A DNA stretch of 64,000 nucleotides, taken from contig CP181291.1 in NCBI GenBank assembly GCA_052279835.1, forward strand, positions 1,024,001 through 1,088,000, written 5' to 3'. Shown in pieces: positions 53,385-64,000 of the stretch (its first letter is position 1; each line of letters starts with the position of its first letter). This DNA comes from Microcoleus sp. GTDB lineage: Bacteria; Cyanobacteriota; Cyanobacteriia; Cyanobacteriales; Microcoleaceae. The notes below the pieces were generated by a model, which was given only the letters and a program-made list of their open reading frames with translations, had not been told where the DNA came from and made no database searches. Position numbers and translations under genes: made by a program.

Positions 53385-55901
53385 CTAAAATTTCACGCGA
53401 CTGTAAAACACTCGTTTCACATTCTCCGCCGCCGTAACGTAGAACAAGACGATCGCCCCCAGCACCAACACAAAACTCAACGGCAACGGTTGAAATCCGA
53501 ACAGGGTTCCTAAAGGTGTCCAGGGCATAAAGATCGTCACTCCTACGGTAGCCAGCGTTGCCATCAACAAGTATTTTCCGGGTTTACTGTCGAAAATAGA
53601 TTTGCGGGTACGAACGACTAGCACCACCATCGAAGCAGAGATTACAGACTCCAAAAACCAGCCTGTTCTAAACTGTTGTGGTTGAGCGTGCAGCAGCAGC
53701 AGCAACGCCCCAAATGTCAGGTAATCAAAGATTGAACTCAACAAACCAAATACGATCATGAAGTTGCGGATAAACTTGATATCCATCCGGCGAGGTTTGC
53801 TGACTAACTCCTTGTCTACGCGATCGGTAGCGATCGTCAATTCTGGAAAATCAGTTAAGAGGTTGGTCAGCAAAATCTGACTAGGTAGCAGTGGCAAAAA
53901 GGGGAGAAACAGAGAAATTCCCGCCATGCTAAACATATTCCCAAAATTGGCGCTCGTTGCCATAAAAACATATTTTAAAGTGTTAGCAAATGTCACCCGT
54001 CCTTCCTTGACACCTTCGATCAGGACATTCAAATCCTTTTCCATCAACACAATATCAGCCGCTTCTTTGGCAACATCAACTGCACTCTCTACTGAAATGC
54101 CGACATCAGCAGCATGAAGCGCCGAGGCATCGTTAATGCCATCTCCCAGATATCCAACTACATTCCCCGCTTTTTTGAGAGCGATAATAATCCGCTCTTT
54201 TTGGTTCGGCTCTACCTCAGCAAAAACATTTGTATTTTGTACTCGGTGCATCAAGGCTTCATCACTGAGCTTTTCTAGTTCCGAGCCAGTCATTGCCTTT
54301 GGTTCAGGCAGTCCTATCTGCTGAATAATACTCATTGCCACTGCCTTGCTATCTCCGGTAATCATCTTCGGAGTGATTCCCAGCAGTTCCAACTCTTTTA
54401 TGGTGTCAGCGATGCCAGCTTTTGGCGGATCGAAGAGCGCAAGGTAGCCCAGAAATGTCATGTTTTTTTCATCATCTTTGGTGAAGGAATCTCGCTCGAA
54501 ATCGCGATAGGCCACACCCAAGGCTCTAAATCCTTTACTGCCCAAATCTTCGGCTTGTTGGTGCAGTCTTTGTCCTCCGTCTGCAATGTCGATGGTTTTC
54601 CCTTCGGCAGTTTCAACGGTTGAGCAAACATCCAGAATATTTTTCAGTGCGCCTTTAGTAATAATTAGATTCCTACTATCTTTTTTGAACAGGATGCTGA
54701 GACGTTTGCGGTTAAAATCATAGGCTACTTCATCTAATTTTTGATAACCCGAAATGTCGAAGGTTTTGTATTCGCGAATCGCTTTGTCGATCGGATTTAC
54801 ATAACCAGACTCAGAGATAGCATTCAAATAAGCGTAAAGTAAAACGCGATCGCTCTCTTTCCCCTCGACATCAACCGCAGAGTGAATTTTCACCTCTCCT
54901 TCCGTGAGCGTACCCGTCTTATCGGTGCAAAACACATTCATACTGCCAAAGTTTTCGATCGCGGGTAAATGCTTCACGATCACCCGCTTTTTCGCCATTG
55001 TCGCAGCACCGCGAGCCAAGTTAACACTAACGATCGCAGGTAGCAGTTGAGGGGTCAAACCCACAGCCAGCGCTAGGGAAAACATAAAAGATTCCAGCAC
55101 AGGGCGATGCAGGTAGACATTGGCGGCAAAAATTAGAGCTACCAAAACTAGAGTTACTTCCATCAAAAAATAGCCAAACTTGCTCAACCCATGTTCAAAT
55201 TCCGTTTCAGGAGGTCTCAGTTTCAAGCGTTGCGATACTTTGCCAAATTCAGTTTCTTTTCCAGTATGAACAACTACTGCTTTCGCAGTTCCACTAATAA
55301 CATTAGTTCCCATATAGAGGGAGTTGGTGCGTTGATTGAGTCCAGTTGCCGCTGGCAATACACCATTTTGTTTGTCAACTGGATAGGTTTCTCCTGTTAG
55401 TGCTGCTTCATTCACTGATAAATCTTTTGACTCTAAAACTAGACAGTCGCCGGGAATATTTTTACCTGCCCCAAGCACTACAATATCACCGGGTACTACT
55501 TCCTCATTAGGGATTTCTTGAGATTGACCATCCCTCAACACAGTTGCTTTAACTTGCACTAAAGCTAATAATTTTTCGACCGCATTCGATGCTCCTCGCT
55601 CTTGCCAAAATCCTAATAGCCCACTAATCAGGACGATCGCTATGATAATAATCGCATCTGCCGCATCTTTGAGAAAAATCGAGAGCACCGCCGCCAAAAT
55701 CAGAATCAAGATAATCGGACTTTTGAACTGATTGAGCAACATCATGAATGCGCTCGATTTGTGTATTTGTTTGAGGCTGTTTGCGCCGTACTGGCTCAGG
55801 CGTTGTTTCGCATCAGCATGGCTTAATCCTGCTGCTGTAGAGTGCGTCTGTTGAAGCACTGTATCCGTGGATAAGCTCCAAAATGTAGACTGTTGATTCA
55901 T
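53385..55901 (-). CDS. mgtA: Magnesium-translocating P-type ATPase
   Basis: LAVGLTPQLLP, DKTGTLT, GDGINDA, TSANFGNMFS. Confidence 0.9.
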   Translation of the reverse strand: MNQQSTFWSLSTDTVLQQTHSTAAGLSHADAKQRLSQYGANSLKQIHKSSAFMMLLNQFKSPIILILILAAVLSIFLKDAADAIIIIAIVLISGLLGFWQERGASNAVEKLLALVQVKATVLRDGQSQEIPNEEVVPGDIVVLGAGKNIPGDCLVLESKDLSVNEAALTGETYPVDKQNGVLPAATGLNQRTNSLYMGTNVISGTAKAVVVHTGKETEFGKVSQRLKLRPPETEFEHGLSKFGYFLMEVTLVLVALIFAANVYLHRPVLESFMFSLALAVGLTPQLLPAIVSVNLARGAATMAKKRVIVKHLPAIENFGSMNVFCTDKTGTLTEGEVKIHSAVDVEGKESDRVLLYAYLNAISESGYVNPIDKAIREYKTFDISGYQKLDEVAYDFNRKRLSILFKKDSRNLIITKGALKNILDVCSTVETAEGKTIDIADGGQRLHQQAEDLGSKGFRALGVAYRDFERDSFTKDDEKNMTFLGYLALFDPPKAGIADTIKELELLGITPKMITGDSKAVAMSIIQQIGLPEPKAMTGSELEKLSDEALMHRVQNTNVFAEVEPNQKERIIIALKKAGNVVGYLGDGINDASALHAADVGISVESAVDVAKEAADIVLMEKDLNVLIEGVKEGRVTFANTLKYVFMATSANFGNMFSMAGISLFLPFLPLLPSQILLTNLLTDFPELTIATDRVDKELVSKPRRMDIKFIRNFMIVFGLLSSIFDYLTFGALLLLLHAQPQQFRTGWFLESVISASMVVLVVRTRKSIFDSKPGKYLLMATLATVGVTIFMPWTPLGTLFGFQPLPLSFVLVLGAIVLFYVTAAENVKRVFYSRVKF

Positions 55902-56148
55902 TTTTTGATACCTGAGTTTTCATTAAATAAATATGCTATTATCTAGATATAATTTGTGGATAGTAACATTAACTAATTAGGGTAATCCCACGCCCGCTTG
56001 CCCCCGTTCGGGGGGATTTCATGGGGGGATTACCCTATAAGTCTGTAGGAATCCTTGAGACAGGCTATAGATTTAAAAGAAGTAAAAAGTGCTATCAGTC
56101 GGAGAAAAAAATTAGATTTGTCTGTGGAGTTTATGTCCGCTTACCTAG

Positions 56149-56421
56149 TTATTGCATTTTCGATGCCATTAGACCAACAAGCACAATTAGACCTAAGGCT
56201 CTCCGAAAGTAATTAACGCCTTGAAATAATTCTTCCCAAGCCCAAGTAAACAAGGAACCAAAAGCTAGTAGTTCTAACCCTAAATTAACTTTTCCAGTGG
56301 TAAAAACCAGCTTTAATAAACTAGCTAGAATCCAGACAATTAGTGGTAAATTTGGTGGTTGAGCGATCGTAATTTTGCCTTCGCTGTCCCGGAATGTTCG
56401 ATCGAATAACGTATTTTCCAT
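56149..56421 (-). CDS. Small membrane protein
   Basis: IAQPPNLPL...WAWEELFQGVNYFRRALG. Confidence 0.8.
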   Translation of the reverse strand: MENTLFDRTFRDSEGKITIAQPPNLPLIVWILASLLKLVFTTGKVNLGLELLAFGSLFTWAWEELFQGVNYFRRALGLIVLVGLMASKMQ

Positions 56422-56697
56422 GAAATCTCCCTCTTTTTTAACGTTTATACAAGCACAAATAGGCTCAGTATCAGTGCTCTACCGTTCGCTTAGCGCTTGC
56501 CCTGTCAAGGTGTTTTTGATTTAGGCACTTTTTCCTAAATTTTTAACGCTATCGCTATTATGGTTTCATAATTGGGATTTATTGCCATCCATCTTTAGAC
56601 CCAAATTTTCGGTAAGGTAGATATCTGCTCGATCCTAAATCTGGGTTAGCAGCCCCCTCGATTCTGGGGATAAAGAAACTCCAAGGGCGATCGCAAC

Positions 56698-56818
56698 GGG
56701 AGCATCCCAATTTTGCAGGGGCGAAGCATTCCGGCAGATAATTTATGAGTTAAAAGCAGAGATTTACTACCGCAATGCTTCGCCCCTACGGGTATATTTG
56801 CAAAAATGGGATGCTCCC
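56698..56818. repeat. Nested-palindrome element, family B, copy 2
   Basis: GGGAGCATCCCA / TGGGATGCTCCC outer IR; GGGGCGAAGCATT / AATGCTTCGCCCC inner IR. Confidence 0.8.
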
Positions 56819-56971
56819 ATCCCAACAGCATCACCGCGCCATTTTTCCCTCAGCAGGATTGTCGGATTCCCGCAAATCAGCAACTACTCAAGACTTCCGG
56901 CCGCTCAAATATGCCACGAAGTCATAATTTGAATCAGCCGGATTTGAGATCGGTTTAATAATCCAGGATGC

Positions 56972-57039
56972 AAAAAACCCGGTTTCTTCCAAAAATCGTC
57001 GTTTTTTTCGACAAATATTCATGCAGAAACCGGGTTTTT
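56972..57039. repeat. Family A repeat variant
   Basis: Same arrangement as 53291-53358. Confidence 0.85.
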
Positions 57040-57064
57040 GATTCCCCATGCGTCCCAGGACTGT

Positions 57065-58000
57065 TTAAATCGCTTTCAAAATTTGATCGTCTACTGAAAA
57101 ATCAATCTCCACTTTGTCTCTTCCCGAAACTAAATAATCATTCTGAAAAGAATCTTTTAACCCAGAAACTAGGTCAAATTCTGGCTGCCAGTTAAGCTCG
57201 GTAACAGCTTTGTTCACTGAGGCAAAAAAGTGCTGTAATCGCATGGGGAAAGCTTTCTTTTTGCCGAAGTCAAATTGTTTTGGATCGTAGTGTACAATCT
57301 TAATAGCATCTGCTGATTTGCCGGCGGCTAAAATGCAGGCGCGGGCTAAGCCATCAAAGGTGACAAATCGATCGCCCGAAACGTTGTAAATTTGCCCGAT
57401 CGCCCTTTGATTCCCCAAAACCGCCGCCATCGCCCTAGCCAAATCCTGACAGTGCCCTAACTGCGTGAAGTGCATTCCATTACCAGGAATCGGAATCGGG
57501 CGATCGCGCGCAATGCGATCGAAAAACCAAGCCTCCAAATCGTTATAATTTTGGGGACCATAAATGTAAGTCGGGCGAATCGAAGTCCAAGGTAAACCGG
57601 ACTCTGCCAAGTAACTTTCGGTTTCAAATTTGCCCAAATGTCGGCTTTTGGGATCGGTAGCGTCCCCTTCAATATGAGGCATTTGATCGGATTTCAAATA
57701 AACCCCCGCAGAGCTCATATAAACAAAGTGCTGCACCCTCCCTTTAAATATTTCAGCTAAATGCTTTGTATCGCTCAGTTCCCGACCATTATTATCAAAA
57801 ACGGCATCAAACTCAAGAGTCGATAATTGTTCTTTTAGTCCATCGACATTAGTGCGATCGCCCTGAATTTGCTGCACTCCTGAAACTGGTACTGGCTTAT
57901 TGCCACGATTAAACAGTACCACCTCATGCCCTTGTGCTGCTAAAATCTTAGTCAGATAAACCCCGATAAATCGAGTACCGCCCATCATTAAAATTCGCAT
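57065..58000 (-). CDS. NAD-dependent epimerase/dehydratase family (CSP41-like RNA-binding protein)
   Basis: MGGTRFIG, DNNGRE, SSAGVY, RPTYIYGP, FDFGKKKAFP. Confidence 0.9.
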   Translation of the reverse strand: MRILMMGGTRFIGVYLTKILAAQGHEVVLFNRGNKPVPVSGVQQIQGDRTNVDGLKEQLSTLEFDAVFDNNGRELSDTKHLAEIFKGRVQHFVYMSSAGVYLKSDQMPHIEGDATDPKSRHLGKFETESYLAESGLPWTSIRPTYIYGPQNYNDLEAWFFDRIARDRPIPIPGNGMHFTQLGHCQDLARAMAAVLGNQRAIGQIYNVSGDRFVTFDGLARACILAAGKSADAIKIVHYDPKQFDFGKKKAFPMRLQHFFASVNKAVTELNWQPEFDLVSGLKDSFQNDYLVSGRDKVEIDFSVDDQILKAI

Positions 58001-58075
58001 TATTTTCCAGACTCCTTACAGTTAGTGTCAACATCTTACAATAAAATTACTGCTTAGCTTTACTCAAACATCCCT

Positions 58076-60103
58076 ATGCAAGTTCCACGGCTACATCCCG
58101 AAACCATCGAAGAAGTCAAACAAAGAGCAGACATAGTAGATGTCATTTCCGGCCGCGTCGTCTTGCGAAAACGAGGCAAAGAATTCGTAGGCTTGTGTCC
58201 ATTTCACGACGAAAAATCTCCAAGTTTTACCGTCAACCAAGCCAAGCAAATGTACTATTGTTTCGGCTGTGGCGCTGGCGGAAATGCCTTTAAGTTTCTC
58301 ATGGAATTAGAGAAACGCTCTTTTAGCGAAGTAGTATTAGACTTGGCTAAAACCTATCAAGTACAAGTCAAAACAGTCGAACCAGAACATCGACAAGAAT
58401 TACAGCGCCAAATTTCTCTGCGAGAACAACTCTATGAAATTTCCGCCCTCACCGCCAAGTTTTACGAACACGCTTTAAGACAACCCCAAGGACAAGAAAC
58501 CCTAGCCTATCTCAAATCAAATCGCCAGCTTAGCGAAGAAACTATCCAACAATTTCAGTTAGGTTATGCACCCCAAGGTTGGGAAACACTCTACAGCTAT
58601 TTAGTAGAACAAAAGCACTATCCAGCCCAGTTAGTAGAACAAGCAGGATTAATTGTACCACGCAAATCAGGAGGCAGTGGCTATTACGACCGCTTCCGCC
58701 ATCGCGTGATGATTCCCATTCGCGACACCCAAGGTAGAGTCATAGGTTTTGGTGGCAGAAGTCTCGGCGACGAACAACCAAAATATCTCAATTCTCCCGA
58801 AACAGAACTATTCGACAAAGGCAAAACTTTATTTGCCCTAGATACAGCTAAAATCGCCATTAGCAAAGCAGATCGAGCAGTTGTCGTAGAGGGGTACTTT
58901 GATGCGATCGCCCTTCATGCAGCGGGCATTGGCAACGCCGTCGCCTCCCTCGGTACAGCCCTCAGCCTAGATCAAGTGCGGCAGTTATTACGCTACACAG
59001 ACTCCAAACAAATTATCCTCAATTTCGATGCCGACAAAGCCGGAACTCAAGCAGCAGAAAGGGCGATTGGAGAAATAGAAAAACTCGCCTATCAAGGAGA
59101 AGTACAACTACGGGTTCTCAACATTCCCGACGGCAAAGATGCCGATGAATTCCTCAAAACATACTCTGCTGAACAATATCGCCAATTGCTAAAAACAGCT
59201 CCTTTATGGCTGGACTGGCAACTAGAACAAATGTTGGTCAACCAAGATTTAAAACAAGCTGATGTTTATCAACAAATTACTAAAAAGATTGTGCATTTAT
59301 TAACAAAAATCACTGACGACAATCAACTGGCACATTACCTCCAAAAATCCGCCGAAATTCTCAGCAAAGGAGAGTTTAAATTGACCAAAATGCTAGCAGA
59401 AAGCTTGCTCAACCAAGTAGTTAGCGATTGGGGTAAAAGGCTGATTCAAGATGAATCCTTGACAATGCCACTGTTAATCAGAAAAAAACTCAAGCCAAAT
59501 AAACAATACAAAAATCCGACTACAAGCAGCCTCAAAAATCGCTCCCAAGAAACTTTTTCCGCCGTAGCCAGAAGTCTTTTAGAAGAAGCAGAAGCGCAAT
59601 TGTTACAGATTTACTTGCATTGTCCCGAATATCGCCAAGATGTCAGAGAATCCATAGAAGCTAGAGAAGTGCAGTTTAGCCTTTCTCACCATAGATTTTT
59701 GTGGCATCAGATTTTGAATGCCGAAATATTGCATAAAAGCTATTTACAAATAGCGCCTTCTGAGTTAATATTAAAATTACAAGATAGTTTGATAGAATAT
59801 CCCCATCAACTCAATCAAATTTCTCATTTATTTCACCTAAATGAGTTGTCGGAAAAAAATGTTTATCGCGCACCTTTAGTAATTCGGTCGGCTCTGGCGT
59901 GCATCGAGCAAATTATCAGCATGAAGCGCCGTCGCATTGCACTGAATAGGTGGGAAAATACGAATGTGGCGAGTAATTGTGAAGAAGCTGTAGAATATCA
60001 CCAACAAGTCCTCGCTGAACAAGAATGGATAGAGGAATTGGAGCGGTTGCGTCAAGTCAATTTTTACGATTTAATATCAGTACCCTGGAGTGGCAATTTT
60101 TAG
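58076..60103 (+). CDS. dnaG: DNA primase
   Basis: CPFHDEKSPSF..CFGC zinc finger, KYLNSPET, VEGYFD, FDADKAG, KDADE. Confidence 0.97.
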   Translation: MQVPRLHPETIEEVKQRADIVDVISGRVVLRKRGKEFVGLCPFHDEKSPSFTVNQAKQMYYCFGCGAGGNAFKFLMELEKRSFSEVVLDLAKTYQVQVKTVEPEHRQELQRQISLREQLYEISALTAKFYEHALRQPQGQETLAYLKSNRQLSEETIQQFQLGYAPQGWETLYSYLVEQKHYPAQLVEQAGLIVPRKSGGSGYYDRFRHRVMIPIRDTQGRVIGFGGRSLGDEQPKYLNSPETELFDKGKTLFALDTAKIAISKADRAVVVEGYFDAIALHAAGIGNAVASLGTALSLDQVRQLLRYTDSKQIILNFDADKAGTQAAERAIGEIEKLAYQGEVQLRVLNIPDGKDADEFLKTYSAEQYRQLLKTAPLWLDWQLEQMLVNQDLKQADVYQQITKKIVHLLTKITDDNQLAHYLQKSAEILSKGEFKLTKMLAESLLNQVVSDWGKRLIQDESLTMPLLIRKKLKPNKQYKNPTTSSLKNRSQETFSAVARSLLEEAEAQLLQIYLHCPEYRQDVRESIEAREVQFSLSHHRFLWHQILNAEILHKSYLQIAPSELILKLQDSLIEYPHQLNQISHLFHLNELSEKNVYRAPLVIRSALACIEQIISMKRRRIALNRWENTNVASNCEEAVEYHQQVLAEQEWIEELERLRQVNFYDLISVPWSGNF

Positions 60104-60153
60104 ATTACTTTTGGGTACTGATACTAAATGTTGTTTTAATGTCCCTTGATTCT

Positions 60154-60603
60154 TCAGTCCGCGCAGGCGGACTTCGTTTGTGTAGAAGCGGTTTCAACCG
60201 CCGGGGATATAATCAACTCGTCATTTATGTCCATAGTGGCAAATTTCAGCACTTGATTAAAAGCTAAACCCCGTATTTTTAGCTCCCAACGAATACCTTT
60301 TGCTTTCATCCGTTTGGCTTTTCGCATATCTACATCCGTAACTTGTTGATGCAACAGTAAATATTTCATTGCTGCTATAGCTTCAACTTTTCTGGGATAG
60401 GCAATATAAGTGATAAATCCACCCTCCCAGTGATTGGCATTACGGATGCTGCTGATAGTAGCAACTCTCGGACTAAAACGGTTCCAGTAAAAGTCGCTAT
60501 ATCCGACTGATTGTGTTTTAACTTGGAGTTTGTTTGGCATTTGACTTAACTCCTCTAACCTTTTCTGTGGGGTTAGCAATACCACTTGGGTGCTGCTATT
60601 CAT
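60154..60603 (-). CDS. Hypothetical protein; C-terminus supplied by a REP
   Basis: 149 aa; the last 15 codons lie in the GCGGTTGAAACCGC repeat. Confidence 0.55.
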   Translation of the reverse strand: MNSSTQVVLLTPQKRLEELSQMPNKLQVKTQSVGYSDFYWNRFSPRVATISSIRNANHWEGGFITYIAYPRKVEAIAAMKYLLLHQQVTDVDMRKAKRMKAKGIRWELKIRGLAFNQVLKFATMDINDELIISPAVETASTQTKSACAD

Positions 60604-60713
60604 AATTATAGCAAATTATTTAGGGAGTTTCCAATTCTCTTAAATAAATTTTGCATTCAGCCAAAACTCGATCGGTGTTCCGGGCTGTCCATTTCGGTTT
60701 CTTTCGGTCTAGT

Positions 60714-61211
60714 TTATGGTTTGTTTAAACGCAAACCGATAATTACTACATCTCTTTCAACTCCATCAAGTTCGGCGACTTGTGGTAGATGTCCCCAAGT
60801 CTGAAATCCAAATTTATTGAACAATTTTAAGCTTGGTTGATTGTGGGCAAAAATTATGCCGATTAAGGTTTTAATTCCTAATTCGGGACAGCGCCGAATT
60901 GCCTGTTGGAGTAATTTTTGTCCGACTCCGCAGCATTGGCGATCGGGTGCGATGTAAATGCTCACTTCTGCTGTATGCTGATAGGCGGCGCGCCCGTAAA
61001 AACGTTGCAAGCTCAGCCAGCCAATGATATTTTGTTCTGATTCTATTACCCAAATTGGTAAGGAATCAGGGGAATGTTCTCTGTACCAAGCAAGCCGACT
61101 TTCGACGGAGATTGGTTCTAAATCTGCTGTAGCCGATCGACCTGGTATGGCTGCGTTGTAGATTTGGACAATGGCTGGTAAGTCGTTTTCACCTGCGTCG
61201 CGGATTTTCAT
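60714..61211 (-). CDS. GNAT N-acetyltransferase (YncA/phosphinothricin type)
   Basis: IYNAAI...TAD.EP, RAAYQHTAEVSIY, NQPSLKLF..FGF. Confidence 0.9.
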   Translation of the reverse strand: MKIRDAGENDLPAIVQIYNAAIPGRSATADLEPISVESRLAWYREHSPDSLPIWVIESEQNIIGWLSLQRFYGRAAYQHTAEVSIYIAPDRQCCGVGQKLLQQAIRRCPELGIKTLIGIIFAHNQPSLKLFNKFGFQTWGHLPQVAELDGVERDVVIIGLRLNKP

Positions 61212-61275
61212 AATTTGATTATTTGTTATTTGTTATTGGTTATTGGCGGCGCTGCCTATAACCAATAACCAATCA

Positions 61276-62349
61276 CTACTGATTATTATACAGTTGCATA
61301 ACATCGCTAATCGCCATTCTCGAATGCGCTCCTAAAGTTAATGGTGATGTGTGTCCTTGGTTCAAGTGTTCCGCTGCTGCACAAGCAATCATGGCTGCAT
61401 TGTCTGTACAATACTTTAAAGGCGGAAACAATACTCGTAGATTGTGTTTAGCTGCTGCGGTTTGTAAGTGCTGTCGCAATCCACTGTTAGCCGCGACTCC
61501 GCCACCGATCGCAATAGTGTTGAGTCCCAGATTGACTGCACAGGCGATCGCCCTTTTTGTTAAACTCTTAGCCACAGTCTCTTGAAAACTAGCCGCTATA
61601 TCATTAATCATAGATTCAGGCAAGATGCCTTCGCTACCAAAATGATTATTTTCTTTCTTGAGTTTCTGCACTAATTGCAAAACAGCAGTTTTCAATCCAC
61701 TAAAACTACTGTCATAGGGATGATAACCACCTTCAGGTAACGAAATTCTACCTTCTGGTAGAGGAAATGCTGTAGGATTGCCCACTGTTGCCAATTTGTC
61801 AATTAGTGGCCCGCCGGGATAGCCTAGCTGCAACAGTCTTGCAACTTTATCAAAAGCTTCCCCGGCTGCGTCATCGCGAGTTTGTCCTACAGTTTCATAA
61901 ACGCCACAATCTTTGACATGAATTAAACTGGTGTGCCCCCCTGAAACTAACAGACACAAAAATGGTGGCTGCAACTCTGGTTCGGTAAGGTAAGAAGCAT
62001 AAATGTGTCCTTCTAGGTGGTGTACGCCTACAAAGGGTTTTTGGTGGACGATTGCCAAGGTTTTTGCCGCTGTCAGCCCGACTAACAATGCGCCTACTAA
62101 GCCGGGGGCGCAGGTGGCTGCAATCCCGTCAATTTCTGACCAAGTGAGGTTGGCATCAGACAGACACTGGGCAATTACTTGATTTAACATTTCTAAGTGA
62201 CTTCGTGAAGCCACTTCTGGAACCACCCCGCCGTACTGCTGGTGGATTTTAATTTGTGATGCTACAACATTGCTGCAAACTTGACGATTCTTAACAATTG
62301 CTGCGGCAGTTTCGTCACAACTTGTTTCAATTGCGAAAACGGTTGCCAT
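61276..62349 (-). CDS. tsaD: tRNA N6-adenosine threonylcarbamoyltransferase TsaD
   Basis: [48 protein letters not shown]. Confidence 0.97.
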   Translation of the reverse strand: MATVFAIETSCDETAAAIVKNRQVCSNVVASQIKIHQQYGGVVPEVASRSHLEMLNQVIAQCLSDANLTWSEIDGIAATCAPGLVGALLVGLTAAKTLAIVHQKPFVGVHHLEGHIYASYLTEPELQPPFLCLLVSGGHTSLIHVKDCGVYETVGQTRDDAAGEAFDKVARLLQLGYPGGPLIDKLATVGNPTAFPLPEGRISLPEGGYHPYDSSFSGLKTAVLQLVQKLKKENNHFGSEGILPESMINDIAASFQETVAKSLTKRAIACAVNLGLNTIAIGGGVAANSGLRQHLQTAAAKHNLRVLFPPLKYCTDNAAMIACAAAEHLNQGHTSPLTLGAHSRMAISDVMQLYNNQ

Positions 62350-62484
62350 TAACTGGTAATTTTATTTGATAGGTTGGCTATTGCTAGCTTAAACTGTCAA
62401 CAGAGCAGTAATCTGGATGACCGATCAACAAGTTGAAATGCTTGTACAAAAACTTATTGTTTTGTAACAAAAGGAAACAATTTC

Positions 62485-62973
62485 ATGCGACGATTGTTTG
62501 CTGCGATTTTAGTGGTGAGTCTTTGGATTAGTTTTGCTCCTGTAGCCTCGGCTTACAATTTAGTGCCGTGCAAGGACTCCCCCGCCTTCAAGGAACTGGC
62601 TCAAGATGCCCGTTCTACCAATGGCGACCCGGCATCAGCAAAGGCCAGATTCGAGCGTTACTCCGAAGCTTTATGCGGCCCGGAAGGATATCCTCACTTA
62701 ATTGTGGATGGCAATTTGAGTTACGCCGGCGACTTTTTAATTCCCAGCGTGCTGTTTTTGTATATTGCTGGCTGGATTGGTTGGGTTGGCCGCGCTTATC
62801 TCCAAGCAGCTAAGAAATCTGACTCTCCAGAGGAAAAAGAGATTATTATCGATGTTCCTTTGGCGGTCAAGTTTATGCTGAGTGGCTTTTTGTGGCCTCT
62901 GGCTGCTCTTAAGGAAATCACTACTGGTGAAATGTTTGCGTCTGACGACGAAATTACCGTTTCCCCTCGCTAG
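62485..62973 (+). CDS. psaF: Photosystem I subunit III
   Basis: [45 protein letters not shown]. Confidence 0.97.
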   Translation: MRRLFAAILVVSLWISFAPVASAYNLVPCKDSPAFKELAQDARSTNGDPASAKARFERYSEALCGPEGYPHLIVDGNLSYAGDFLIPSVLFLYIAGWIGWVGRAYLQAAKKSDSPEEKEIIIDVPLAVKFMLSGFLWPLAALKEITTGEMFASDDEITVSPR

Positions 62974-63102
62974 TAATTTGGGATTTGAGATTTTAGATTT
63001 GAGATTTTAGCTGGTTGACTCATGCCAATTTTAAAATCCTCAATCTAAAATCTGTTCGCGCATTGTTTTTAAAGTTGTCTAAATTTTCGAGGAGCAGTAT
63101 TT

Positions 63103-63231
63103 ATGCAATACTTTCTGAAGTATCTTTCAACCGCACCAGTATTGGCAGCAGTTTGGATGGTGGTAACGGCAGGAATTTTGATCGAGTTCAACCGTTTTTT
63201 TCCTGACTTGCTTTTCCACCCGCTGCGCTAG
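63103..63231 (+). CDS. psaJ: Photosystem I subunit IX
   Basis: Manual translation [42 protein letters not shown]. Confidence 0.96.
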   Translation: MQYFLKYLSTAPVLAAVWMVVTAGILIEFNRFFPDLLFHPLR

Positions 63232-63426
63232 AATTTAAGTTGATTTAGGTGGGAAAACCTAGGTCAAAAAAATTGAGAGTTGTGGTTTTTGAGTTCTGAT
63301 ATATCCAGTTATTTCAAAGCTCAAAAATCGCAACTCTCACATGACTGTCTTCTAAATGACTCATCATTAATGACTTCTGACTGCTGACTTATAACTCTAA
63401 CTACTGACTACTGACTACTGATATCA

Positions 63427-64000
63427 ATGAAGTCTTATCTCGCCGCAGCAATTCAAATGACTAGCTTGCCTGACCTGGAAAAAAATTTAATCCAGGCAGA
63501 GGAATTAATCGACCTAGCCGTGCGTCAGGGTGCGGAGTTAGTTTCTTTACCAGAAAATTTTTCCTTTATGGGAGAAGAAGAGGAAAAAATTGCTTCTTCC
63601 GAAGCCATCGGGCAACAAAGTGAAAAATTTCTCAAAACTATGGCTCAGCGGTTCCAGGTAATGATTCTGGGCGGCGGATTTCCGGTGCCGACGACGGGGG
63701 GTAAGGTATACAATACTTGCTTGCTAGTCGATCCCAACGGTACTGAGGTAGCAAGGTATGAAAAAGTACATTTATTTGATGTGAATGTGCCCGATGGCAT
63801 TACTTATCGGGAATCGAACACTGTGAAGGCTGGTGCAGATTTGCCGCCGATTTATGTGTCGCCGGAATTGGGGACCCTGGGGCTTTCGGTGTGCTATGAT
63901 GTGCGGTTCCCGGAATTGTACAGGCATTTGTCCCAGCAGGGGGCGGATGTCTTGTTTGTGCCGGCGGCTTTTACGGCTTATACTGGCAAGGATCATTGGA
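63427..64000 (+). CDS. Carbon-nitrogen hydrolase (Nit1-like), runs off the window
   Basis: MKSYLAAAIQM, LPENF, YEKVHLFDV, SVCYDVRFPELYR, PAAFT..TGKDHW. Confidence 0.93.
   Translation, partial: MKSYLAAAIQMTSLPDLEKNLIQAEELIDLAVRQGAELVSLPENFSFMGEEEEKIASSEAIGQQSEKFLKTMAQRFQVMILGGGFPVPTTGGKVYNTCLLVDPNGTEVARYEKVHLFDVNVPDGITYRESNTVKAGADLPPIYVSPELGTLGLSVCYDVRFPELYRHLSQQGADVLFVPAAFTAYTGKDHW

Noticed and set aside
55902..56148. M-box (ykoK) Mg riboswitch upstream of mgtA
   Set aside because: Only an inverted repeat (AGGGTAATCCC/GGGATTACCCT) is visible; no recognisable M-box consensus.
37450..57064. Prophage or ICE
   Set aside because: No integrase, structural, replication or conjugation genes, and no att-like long direct repeats at a tRNA.

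Overview
A 64 kb chromosomal segment from a cyanobacterium: HIP1 (GCGATCGC) is abundant, psaF/psaJ are present, and there are 7-mer STRR-type tandem repeats. The repeat repertoire suggests a filamentous Oscillatoriales-type organism (Microcoleus/Tychonema-like; inference). The housekeeping backbone is arsA, gst, icd, dedA, ahcY, coaE, txlA, aroK, ubiX, rnr, mgtE, an ABC transporter, crcB, aspS, a CSP41-like epimerase, dnaG, tsaD, psaFJ and a nitrilase. Two accessory regions interrupt it. The first (about 1.2-4.1 kb) holds toxin-antitoxin-like pairs and a CHAT gene fragment. The second (about 37.5-57 kb, between aspS and the epimerase) is punctuated by one palindromic repeat family. It holds toxin/immunity-like pairs, RelE, a 1,500-aa NACHT-HEAT protein, a duplicated 77-aa gene paired with different divergent regulators, and a stress/Mg-transport block with a duplicated OmpR-type promoter. 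Other highlights are a PatX-like secreted peptide ending exactly in ERGSGR with a HetR-box-like palindrome upstream, a MITE with perfect TIRs and a target duplication, and three +1 frameshifts that may be sequencing errors. No rRNA, tRNA or CRISPR array was recognised. All family assignments come from motif recognition by eye, not database searches.
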